Shown one piece after another: positions 40,101 through 52,100 of a DNA stretch of 64,000 nucleotides. Location: the NCBI RefSeq assembly GCF_009914755.1, contig NC_060933.1; one strand, written 5' to 3'. The notes beneath the pieces are model-generated. The model was given only the letters and a program-made list of their open reading frames with translations, ran no database searches and was not told the DNA's origin. The translations under genes and the position numbers were made by a program. Numbering within the stretch: the stretch's first letter is position 1; every line of letters starts with the position of its first letter. Origin of the DNA: the human T2T-CHM13v2.0 reference genome, Homo sapiens.

Positions 40101-43100
40101 TGGAGTGGAGCGGAATGGAGTGAAGTGGAACGGAATGGAGTGGAATGGAATGGAATGGAATGGAGTGGAACGGAATGGAATGGATTGGAGTGGAATGAAA
40201 TAGACTGGAATAGAGTCGAATGGAGAGGATTGGAATAGAGTGGAGTGGAAACGATTGTAGTGAAGTGGAAGGGAGTGGAGTGGAATGCAATGTAGTGGAG
40301 TGGATTGGAATGGAATGCAATGGAATAGGATGAAATGGAGTGGACTGGAGCGGAGTGGAATGGAGTGGAATGGAGTGGAGTGGAATGGAGTGGAATGGAG
40401 TGTAGTGGAATGGAATGGAGGGTAATATAACGAAATGGATTGGAGTGGAAAGGAATGCAATGGAATGGAGTGGAATGCAAAGGAGTGGAGTGGAGTGGAA
40501 GAGTTCAGTGGAATGGAATGGAGTGTAGTGGACTCGAAAGGAGTCGAATGCTATGTAGTGGAGTGGAGTGGATTGGTGTGGAAAGGCATGTAATGGAATT
40601 GAATGGAATGGAAGGAGAGGAGTAGAATGGAAGGTAGTGGAGTAGAATGGAATAGAATGGAGTACAATGAATTGAAATGGACTGGAGTGGAGTGGAGTGA
40701 AGTGGAAAGGCATGGAATGGAATGCAGTGAAATAGAATTGAATGGATTGGAGTAGAATTGAGCGGAGTTGAATGGATTGGAATGGAGTGGAATGGAATGG
40801 AGGGGAGTGGAAAAGCGTGTAGTGCAATGGAATGGAGTGGAATGGAATGGAAAGGAATGGAATGGAGTGGAGTGGAGTGGGTTGGAATGGAATGGAATGG
40901 AGAAGAGTGGAATAGAATAGAGGGAAGTTTAATGGAATGGGGTGGAATGGAATGGAATGGAGTGGAGTGAAATGGAGTGGAGTGGAGTGTAATGGAGTGG
41001 AGAGGAGTGGAATGGACTGGGGTGGAATGGAGTGGAGTGGAATGGAATGAAGTGGAGTGGAGTGGAATGGAGAGGAATCAATTGCAATGGGTGGAAGGAA
41101 CGGAGTAGAGTGGAATGTAATGTAATGGAATGAAATGCATTGGAGTGGAATGAAATGGAATGGAGTGGAATGCACTGGAGTGGAGTGGATTGGAATGGAA
41201 TAGAATGGCATGAAAAGGAAAAGAATGGAATGAACTGGAGTGGTGTAGTGTGGAGTGAAGAGGAATGGAAAGGAATGGAATGGAAGGAATGGAATGGAAT
41301 GAAATAGATTGGATTGCAGTGGAATGCAATGGAATGGAATTGATTGGAATGAAATGACGTGGAGTGGAATGGAGTGGAGTCGTTGGAATGGAATGGTATG
41401 GAGTGGAATGAAAAGGAAAGGCCTGAGGTGGAATGCAGTGGGGTGGAATGGAATGTAGCGGAGTGGAATGGAATGGAGTTGAGTGGAATGTGTTGGAGAG
41501 GACTGGAGTGTAGTGGAGTCGAGTGGAGTGGAATGGAATAGAGTGGAGTGGAGTAGAGTAAAGTGGAATGGAATGCAGTGGATTTTAGTAGAGTGGCTTG
41601 AAGAGGAATGTAATGGAATGCAATGGAAAAAAGTGGAGTGGAATAGAATAGTATGGAATGGATTGGAATGGAATGGAATGAAGTGGAGTGGAATGGAATG
41701 GAGTGGAGTCGAATTGAGTGGAGTGTAGTGAAATAGAGGGGAATAAAATGGAGTTGAGTGGAATAGAATGGAATGTAGTGGAATAGAGTGGAGTGGTGTG
41801 GAGTAGAGTGTAATAGAGTGGAATGGAATGGAGTGGAGTGGAATAGAGTAGAGAGGAATAGAGTGGAGTGGAATGCAGTGGAATGCAGTGGAATGGAAGG
41901 GAATGGAGTAGAGTGGAAAGGAATGGAGTGGAATGCAATGTAATGGAATGAAGTAGAACAAAATTGAGTGGAGTAGAATGGAGAGGATTGGATTAGAAGG
42001 GAATGGAATGGAATGGGCAGGAATGGATTACGGTGGAGTTAAAAGAGTGGAGTGGAGTGGAAGGGAATGCAGAGGAATGGAGAGAATTTGAATGCAGTGT
42101 AGTGGAGTTGAAAGGAGTGGTGTGGAATGGAGTGGAATGGAATGGAATGAAGTGGACTGGATTGGAAAGGAATGGAATGGAATGGGATGGAATGGATTAG
42201 AGTGGAGTGGAATGGCATGGAGTGGAATGCAGTGGAATGAAGTGTAGTGGCATGGAATGCAGCAGAGTGGAATGGAGTGGAAAGGAGTTGAATTTAATGA
42301 GGTGGAGTGCATTAGAGTTGAGAGGAATTGAATGGAGTGTAGTAGAATGGAATGGAGTCAAATGGAATGGAGTGGAGTGGAGTGGAGTTGATAGGTGCCT
42401 AAAGGCACGGAATGGAGTGGAATGGAACGGAAAGGAGTGGAGTGGAATGGAACAAAATGGAGTAGAATGGAATGGAATGGTGTGGAATGCATTGGAAAGG
42501 AATGGATTGTAGTGGAGAGGAGTAGGTCGGAAGGGAATTGAGTGGAGGGGAATGGAATGTTATAGAATGTAGAAGGAGGTGGAAAGGAATGTAAGGGAAT
42601 GGAATGGAATGGAATGGGATAGAATGGAATGGAATGGAATGGAATGGGATGAAGTTGAATAGAATGGAGTGGAATGGAGAGGAATGGAATGAAGTGGAAT
42701 GGAATGCAATGGAGTGGAGTGGAATGGAATGGAGTGGAGAGGAATGGAGTGAAGTGGAATGGAATGGAATGGAGTTGAGTGTTGTGGAATGGAATGGGGT
42801 GAAGTGGAATGGAGTGAAGTGGAATGGAATGGAATGCATTGGAATGGAACGGAGTGGAGTGGAATGGATTGGATTGGAATGGATTGGAATGGAGAGGAAT
42901 GGAAAGGTGGGGATTGGTAAAGCGTGGAATGGAGTGGAATGGAATGGAGTGGAGTGGAGTGGATTGGTTTGGAATGGCATTGAATGGAATGGAATGGAAT
43001 GAAATGAAATGAAATGGAGTGAAATGTAAGTGAAAGGAGTGGAATGGAATGGAATGCAATTGATTAAAACGGAATTAAGTGGAAGGGAATGGAATGGAGT

Positions 43101-46070
43101 GGAGTGAAATGGAATGAAATGGAGTGGAATGGATTGGAAATGAATTGAGTGTACTGTAGGGGAACGGAAAGGAACGGAATGGATTGGTGTGGATTGGAAT
43201 GGCATGGAATGGAGTTGAATATAATGGAATGGAAAGGAGTGGAATGGAATAGAGTGTAGTAGAGTGGAGTGGAATGGAGTGGATTGGAGTCTAATGGAGT
43301 GGAATGAAGTGGAATGGAGTTTATAGGAGTGGAATGGAGTAGCGTGGAACGGAATGAAGTGGAGTGGAGTGGAATGGAGTAAAATGGATTGGAATGGAGT
43401 GGAAAGGAATGGAGTAGGGTGGAATGGAATGGAGAGGAACGAAATGAGTTGGAGTAGAATGAAATGGAATGGAGTGGAATGCAATGGAGTGGGGTGGATT
43501 GGTATGGAATGGAATAGAACGGAAAGGAAAGGAATGGAATGGATTGTACTGCAGTGGGGTGGAGTAGAGTGGAGTGGAATAGAAAGGAATGGAAGGGAAG
43601 AAATAAAATGGCAGGGAATGGGATGGAATTGACTGGAATGGAATGGAATTGAATGGAAAGGATTGGAGTGGAATGGAATAGAACGGAATGGAGTAGAGTG
43701 GAGTTGAGTGGAGTGGAATGGAATGGAATGGAATGGAATGGATAGGAGTGGAGTAGAGTGAACTGGAATGGAATGCAGTGTATTTTAGTAGAGTGGAGTG
43801 GAATGGAGTGTAATGGAATGGAAAGTAAAGGAGTGGAGTGCAATGGAATAGAATGGAACGGAGTGGAATGGAATGGAATGTAGTGGAGTGGAATAGAATG
43901 GAGTGGAGTGGAATAGAGTGGAGTGTCTTGGAAAGCAGTGGAAGAGAATGGAGGGGAGAGGAATGGAATGGAATGTAGTGGAATGGAGTGGAGTGGAGTG
44001 GAGTACAATAGAATGGATGGAATGGAATGGAGTGGAGTGGAATAGAGTGGAGTGGAGTGCAGTGGAATGGAATGGAATGGAGTGGAGTGGAAAGGAATGG
44101 AGTGTATTGGAATGGAATGGAATGTAGTAGAGCGGAATGGAGTGGAGTGGAAGGGAATGGAATGGAATCGAATGGGCAGGAATGGAGTGGAGTGGAGTGA
44201 AGAAGATTGCAGTGGAGTGGAAAGGAATGGAGTGGAATGGAGTGAAATTGAACACAGTGGAGTGGAGTGGAATGTAGTGGAGTTGAATGGAGTAGAAATG
44301 TATGGAATGGAAAGGAATGGGATGGAATGGAGTGGAGTGGAGTGGAATGTAATTTAATGGAATGGAGTGGAATGGATTGAAGTGGAATGGAATGAGGTGG
44401 AGTGGAGTGGAATGGAATGGAGTTGAAAGGAGTGGAATGGAATGGAGTGCAGTGCAATGGAGTGGAGTGGAATGGAGTGGAGTGGAATAGAGTTAAGTGG
44501 AATTGAATGGAGTATAGTGGAATGGAATGGATTAGAATGGAATGGAGTGGAGTGGATTGGTGTGGAATCGCATGGAATGCAGTAGAATGGAACGAAAAGG
44601 AGTGGCAGGAAATGGAACGAGTGGAGTAGAATGGAATGGAATGGCGTGAAATGGATTGGAAAGGGATAGAGTGTAGAGGAGTGGATTGGAAGGGAATGAA
44701 ATTGAGTGGAGAGGAGAGGAATGGAAAGGAATGTAGAATGGGGTTGAATGGAATGGAACGGAATGTAGTTGAAAAGAATGAAGTTGAACAGAATGGAATG
44801 GAATGGAGTGGAATGGAATGAAGTGGAAAGGAATGGAGTGGAGTGGCATGAAATGGAGTGGAGTGGAATGGAGTGAAGTGGAATGGAATGGAATGGATTG
44901 GAATGGATTGGAATGGATTGGAGTGGAAAGGAGGGGAGTGAAAAATCGTGGAGTGGAGTGGAATGGAGTGGAGTGGAATGGAACGGAGTGGAATAGATTG
45001 GAATGGAGAGGAATGGAAAGGAGGAGAGTGGAAAAGCTTGGAGTGGAGTGGAATGGAGTGGAGTGGAATGGAGCGGAGTAGAGTGGAATCTTATGAAGTT
45101 CAATGGAGTGTTCTGGAGTGGAGTGGAGTGGAAAGGAATGCAGTGGAGTGGAGTGGAATGGAATTCAATGGAACGGGATGTAATGAAGTAGAATGGAGTG
45201 AAGGGGAATGGAATTTAGTGGAATGGAATGGAATTTAGTGGAGTTGATAGGAATGGAGTGGAGTGGAGTGGAATGGAATGGATTGGAGTGCAATGTAGTG
45301 GATTGGATGGGACTGCAGTGCAATAGAGTTGAGTGGAATGGAATGGAGTGGAGTGCAATGGAATGGAGAGTAAAGGAATGGAGTGTAGTGGATTAGTTTG
45401 GAAGGGCATGGAATGGAATTGAAAGGAGTGGAGTGGAGTGGAATGGAATGGAATGAAGTGAAATGCAAGTGAATGGATTGGAGTGGAATCTAACGCAATA
45501 GATTGGAACGGAAAGAAGTGGAGGGGAATGGAATGTATTGGAGTGAAATGGAATGGAATGGATTGGAAAGGAATGGAGTGTAGTGGAGTGGAATGGAACG
45601 GAATGGAATGGAGTAGTGTGGAATGGAAAGGAATGGAATGGAGTTGAATGGAATGGAATGGAAAGGAGTGGAATGGAATAGAGTGAAGTAGAGTGGAGAG
45701 GAAAGGAGTGGATTGGAGTGGAATGCACTGTAGTGGAATGGAGTGGAGTGGAAAGAATGAAGAGGAGTGGAGTGGAATGCAGTAAAGTGGATTGGAATGG
45801 AGTGGAAAAGAATGGAGTAGGGTGGAATTGAATGGAATGGAATGAAATGAATTGGAGTGGAATGAAATGGAATGGAATGGAATGCAATGGAGTGGAGTGG
45901 AGTGGAATGGAATGGACAGGAAAGGAATGAAATGGATTGGAGTGGATTGGAGTGGAGTGGGGTGGAGTGGAGTGGAGTGGAGTGGAATGGAAAGGAATGG
46001 AAGTCAAGAAATGCAATGGCATGGAAAGGGTTGGAATTGAGTGGAATGGATTCGATTGGAATGGATTGGA

Positions 46071-46173
46071 ATGGAATGGAGTGGAGTGGAATGGAATGGA
46101 GTAGAGTAGAATGGAATGGAGTGGAGTGGAATGGAATGGAGTAGAGTAGAATGGAATGGAGTGGAGTGGAATG
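46071..46173. repeat. Perfect 40-bp-period tandem repeat (about 2.5 copies)
   Basis: ATGGAATGGAGTGGAGTGGAATGGAATGGAGTAGAGTAGA occurs at 46071 and 46111, with a partial copy at 46151. Confidence 0.8.
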
Positions 46174-49100
46174 TAATGAAATGGAAGGGAAAGGAAAGGA
46201 AGGGAATGGATTGAAGTGGAGTGGGGTGGAGAGGAGTAGAGTTGAGTGGAATGCGAAGGAATGGAAGGGAAGAAATGCAATCGCATGGAATGGGTTGGAA
46301 TGGACTGGAATGGAATGGAATGGAATGGAAAGGATTTGAATGGAATGGAGTGGAGTGTAATGGAATGGAGTAGAGTGGAATGGAATGGAGTCGAGTTGAA
46401 TGGATTGGAGTGGAGTAGATTGCAGTTGAGGGGAGTGGAATGGAATGGAGTGGAGTGGAGTAGAGTGAAGTGGAATGGAATGGAGTGAATTTATGTAGAG
46501 TGCAGTCGTGTGGAGTGGAGTAGAATGGAGTGGAAAGGAGTGGAGTGGAATAGAATGGAGTGGAATTGAATGGATTGGAATCGAGAGGAGTGCAATGCAA
46601 TGGAGTGAAATTGAGTGGACTGGAATGGAATGCCATTGAATGGAATGGATTTTAATGGAAGAGATAGGACTGTAACGGAATGTAATGGAAAGGATTGGAA
46701 TGGATTGGAGTTGAGTGGAGAGGAGAGGAGTGGATCGGATTGGAATGGAGTGGAGTGGAATGGAGTGGCGTGGAGTGTAGATGAGTGTACGGGAGAGGAG
46801 TGGAGTGGGGTTGAAAGGAATGGATTGAAGTGGAATGCAAAGGAAAATAATGGACTGAAATGGAATGGAGTGGTGTGGAATGGAATGGAGTGCAGTGGAA
46901 TGGAGTGGAGTGGAATGGTGTGGAGTGGAATGGAGTGGAATGGAGTGGAGTGGAATGGAATGGAATGGAGAGGAATGGAATATTATGGAATGGAGTGGAG
47001 GGGAATGGAGGCGATTGGAGTGTAACGGAGTGGATTGGAATGGAATTGAATGGATTGAAGTAGAATGGAGTGAAGTGGATTGTAGTGGATTGTAGTTGAG
47101 TGGAGTGGAGTGGAATGGAATGGAGTGGGGTGGATTGGAATGCAGAGGAGTGTAATGGAATGAAGTGGAGTGGATTGGAATGGAGTGGTGTGGATTGGAA
47201 TGGAGTGGGAAGGAATGGAGTAGAGTGTAAAGGAATGGAATGGAATGAAATACATTGGAGTGGATTGAAATGGAATGGAGTGGAATGCAATGTAGTGGAG
47301 AGGAGTGGAATGGAATGGACTGGAAAGGAAACAAACTGAATGGATTGGAGAGGAGTCGAGGGGGGTGGAGCGGAATGGAAAAGAATGGAATGGAAGAATG
47401 GAATGGAGTGGAATGGAATGGAATGGAGAGAAATGGAATGGGATGTTATAGACTGGAATGGGATGGAGAGGAGAAGAAAGGAATGGAATGGAGTGGAGTG
47501 GATTCGAATGCAAGGGAATGGAATGGAATGGTATGGAATGGAATGGAATGAAATGAAGTTCAATGGAATGGAGGGGAGTGGAATGGATGGAGTTGAGTGG
47601 AATAGAATGGAGTGGAGTGGAATGGAGTGAATTGGATTGGAATTGAAAGAAATGGAGTGGAATGGAATGGAATGGAGTGTAGTGGAATGCAGTGGAGTTG
47701 AATGGAATGTAGTGGAGTGGAATGGAATGGAGTGTAGCACAAAGAATTGCAGAGGAGTGGAGTGAAGTGGAGTAGAGTGGAATGGAATGGAGTGGTGTGG
47801 AGTAGAGTGAAGTGGAATGCAATGGAGTGGATTTTAGTACAGTGGATTGGAGTGGATTGGAATTGAATGCAACGGAGTGAAGTGAAATGGCATAGAATGG
47901 AATGGAGTGGAATGGAATGGAATGCACTGGAGTTGAATGGAATGGAGTAGAGCGAAATGGAGATTAGTGTATTGGAATGGAGTGGAATAGAATCGAGTGG
48001 AGATGAGTGGAAAGGAGTGGAATGGAACTGAATGTAGTGGAATGGAGTGGATTGGAATGGAGTGGAGTGGAATAGAATGGAGGAGAATGGAATGGTGTGG
48101 AGTAGAATAGAGTGGAATGGAGTGGAATGGAATGGAATGGAGTAGAGTGGAATGGAATGGAGTGGAATGGAATAAAATGGAAAGACGTAGAACAGAATGG
48201 AGTGCTGAGGAATGGAGTGGAGTGGAGAGGAATGGAATGGAATGGGTAGTAATGGAGTGGAGTGCAGCGAAGAGGATTGGAGTGGATTGGAATGGAATGG
48301 ATTAAAATGCAGTGAAATTAAATGTAGAGGAGTGGAGTGGAGAGGAGTAGAATGGAGTGGAAAGGTATAGAATGGAATGGAGTGGGGTGGAGTGGCATGG
48401 AATGGAATGGAATGGTTTGGAGTGGAATGGAGTGGAGCACAATGGAGTGGAATGGAATACAGTAGAGTGGAATGGAGTGGAATGGAATGGAATGGAGTAG
48501 AGTGGAATGGAATGGACTGGAATGGAATGGAATGGAAAGACGTAGAGCGGAATGGAGTGGAGGGGAATGGAGTGGAGAGGAATGGAGTGGAGTGGAATGG
48601 AATGGAATGGAATGGGTAGGAATGGAGCCGAGTGAAGTGAAGAAGAGTGGAGTGGATTGGAATGGAATGGATTAAAATTCAGTGAAATTAAATATACTGA
48701 AGTGGAGTGGAGTGGAGTGGAATGGAGTGGAAAAGTATGGAATGGAATGGATTGGAGTGAAGTGGAATGGAATGGAATGGAATGGAATGGAATGGAGTGG
48801 ATTGCAGTGGAGTGGAATGGAGAGGAGTGGAATGGAGTGTAATGGAATGGAATGGAATAGAATGGAGTGGAGTGGAATGCAGTGGAGTCCAATAGATGGT
48901 AGTGGAGTGTAATGGAACGGAGTGGAGTGGAAAGAATTGGTTTGAAGTGTAGTGGAGTGGAGTGGAATGGAACGGAAATGAGTGGAGTGGAGTATAGTGA
49001 AGTGGAATGGAATGGAATGGAATAGAATGGATTGGAATGGAAATGAACGGTGTGGAGTGGAATGCAGTGGAGTGTAATGGAGTCGAATGAAGAGGATTCG

Positions 49101-52100
49101 AATGAAGTGGACTGGAAAAGTTTGGAGTGGAATGGAGTGGAGTGGTGTGGAATGGAATTGAGTGGAGTGGATTGGAATGTAATGTAACGTAATGGGTGGA
49201 ATGAAGTGGAGTGGAATGGAATGGAGCGGAATGGAGTGGAATGGAGTGTAGTGGAACGGAAAGCAGTGTAGTGGAGTGGAATGGAAAGGAGTGTAATTGA
49301 GTGGAGTGGAAAGGAATGGATTGGAATGGAGTGGAGTGCAATGGAGTGGAGTGGTACGGAATGGAGTGGAATAGAGTTCAGTGGAGTGGAATGGAGTGGA
49401 GTGGAATGGAATGGATTCGAATGGCACGGAGTGGAGTAGAGTGGTTTGTGTGGAATGGCATGGAATGGAAAGGAATAGAAAATAAAGTAGTGTAGTGGAA
49501 TGGAACGGAGTGGAGTAGAATGGAGTGCAATGGAGTGGAATGGATTGGAAAAAAATGGAGTGTAGTGTAGTGGACGGGAAAGGAAAGGAATTAACAGGAG
49601 AGGAGTGGAATGGAAAGGAATGGAATGGAGTTGAATGGAATGGAATGGAATGCAGTGGAATGGAATGGAATGGAGAGGAGTGGAACGGAATGGTGTGGAG
49701 TGGAATGGAGTGGATTGTAATGGAGTGGAGTGTAATGGAATGGAATGGAAAGGAATGGAATGGAATGGAATGGAATGGAATGGAATAGAATGGAATGGAA
49801 TGGAATAGAAAGGAGTGGAGTGGAATGGAGTCGAGTGGAATAGATTGGAATGGAGTGGATAGGAATGGATGAGAGTTGAAATCAATGGAGTGGAGTGGAA
49901 TGGAGTGGAGTCGAATGGAGCAGAGTGGATTGGACTCGAATGGTGTTGAGGGGACTGTACTGGAGAGGACTGAAGTGGAATAGAATGGAGTGGAGTGGAG
50001 TGGAATTAAACGCAATGGAACGGGACGGAATGTAGTGAAGTCCAGTGGCGTGAAACTGAATTCAGTGGAATGGAATGTAATGAAATGGAATGGAATGGAA
50101 TGAAGTAGAGTGGATTCGAATGGAATGTAGAAAGGAATGGAATGGAATGGAGTGGAATGCAATGGAGTGGAGTGGAATGGACAGGAGTGGAATAGAGTAG
50201 AATGGAATCTAATGGAGTGGAATGGAATGGATTGGAGTGGAATGGAATGGAGTGGAGTTCAGAGTATTGATTTGGAATGGCATAGAATGGAATGGAATAG
50301 AGTGGAGTGGAATGGAATGGAATGGATTGGAATGGGACAGAGTGGTGTGGAGTGCAATGGAGTGGAGAGAAGTGGAATGTAGTAGGGTGGAATGGAGTGA
50401 AGTGGATTGGAATGAAGTGGAGTGGAGTGGAATGGAAAGGAGTGGATTGGAATGGAATGGAAAGGAATGGAGTAGAATGGAATGGAATGGAATGGAATGA
50501 AATGAATTGGAGCTGAATGAAATGGAATTGAGTTTAATGAAATGGAGTGGAGTGGAGAGGAATGGAATGGAATGAAATTGTTTGGAAAGGAAAGGAATGG
50601 AATGGATTGGAATGGAGTGGGGTGGAGTGGAGGGAAGTGCAGTGCAGTGGAAGGGGTAGGAATGGAAGGGAAGGAATGGAATGACCTGGAATGGATTGGA
50701 ATGGAGTCGGGTGGAGTGGAGTGAAGTGCAGTGGAAGGGGAAGGAATGGAAGGGAAGGAATGGAATGACTTGGAATGGAGTGGGGTGGAGTGGATTGGAA
50801 AGGAAAGGAATGGAAAGGAAGGAATGGAATGGCGTGGAATGGATTGGAATGAAGTGGAATGGAATGGAAAGGAGTAGATTAGAATGGAAAGGAGTGTAGT
50901 GGAATGCAACGAAGTGTAGTGGACTGGAATGGAATGGAATGGAATGAAAAGGAATAGAATGGAATGGATTGGAGTGGAATGGGGTGGATTGTATTGGATT
51001 GTAATGGAAAGGAAGGAATGGAATGGCGTGGAATGGATTGGAATGTAGTGGAAAGGAATGGACAGAAATGTAATGGAGTTGAGTGGAATGGAATGGATTG
51101 GAGAGGAATGGATTGCAGTAGAATGGAATGGAGTGGAGTAGAATGGAATAGACGGGAATCGTATGTATTGGAGTGGATTAGAGTGTAGTGGAGTGGAGTT
51201 GTACAGAATGGAATGGAGTGGGGTGAAGTACAGTGAAGTGGAAAGTAATCGAGAGAATTTCTGCAGAGTGGAGTCGTGTGGAATGGAGTGGAAAGAAGTG
51301 GAGTGGCGTGGAGTGGAGTGGAGTGGAACGGAATGGATTAGAATGCAGTGGAGTGGAATAGAATTGAGTGGAAAGGAATGGAATTGAATCGAGTGGATTG
51401 CAATGGAATGGAGTGGAAAGGAGTGGAGAGAAGTGGTGTGAGGTGGAATGGAGAGGGGAGGAGGGGAATGGAATGGAATGGAATGGAATGGAATAGAATG
51501 GAATGGAATGGAATACAGTGGAGTGGAGTGAGGAAGAGTGTACTGGAGAGGAGTGGAATGTGGTTGAATGGAAGAGACGGAAGTGGAATGTAGTGGAATG
51601 GAATGGAATGAAATGGAATTGAGTGCTGTGGAATGGAATGGAGTGGAGTGGACTGGTGTGGAGTTGAATGGAGTGGAGTGGAGAGGAATGGAGTAGAATG
51701 GAATGCAATGGATTGGAATGGAGTGGAATGGAATGGAATGGAATGGAATGGAATGGAATGGAATGGAATGGAATGGAGTGGAGGGGAAATGAGTGCATTG
51801 GAGTGTAACGGAGTGCAGTGGAATAGAATAGACTGGAGTCAAGTCGAATGGAGTGGAGTGGATTGTAGTGGAGTGTAGTTGTGTGGAGTGGAAAGAAATG
51901 TACTTGAGTGGAGTGGTGTGGAGTGGAGTGGAATGGAATAGAGTTGAGTGGAGCGGAACGGAATGCATTGGAATGGGATGGAATGAAGTGGAGTGGAGTG
52001 AAATGAAATTGACTGTAATGGAGTGGAATGGAGTGCAGTGTAATGGAATGGAGTAGAGTGAGGTTCAATGGAAGGTATTTCGAAGGAAAGGAATGGAATG

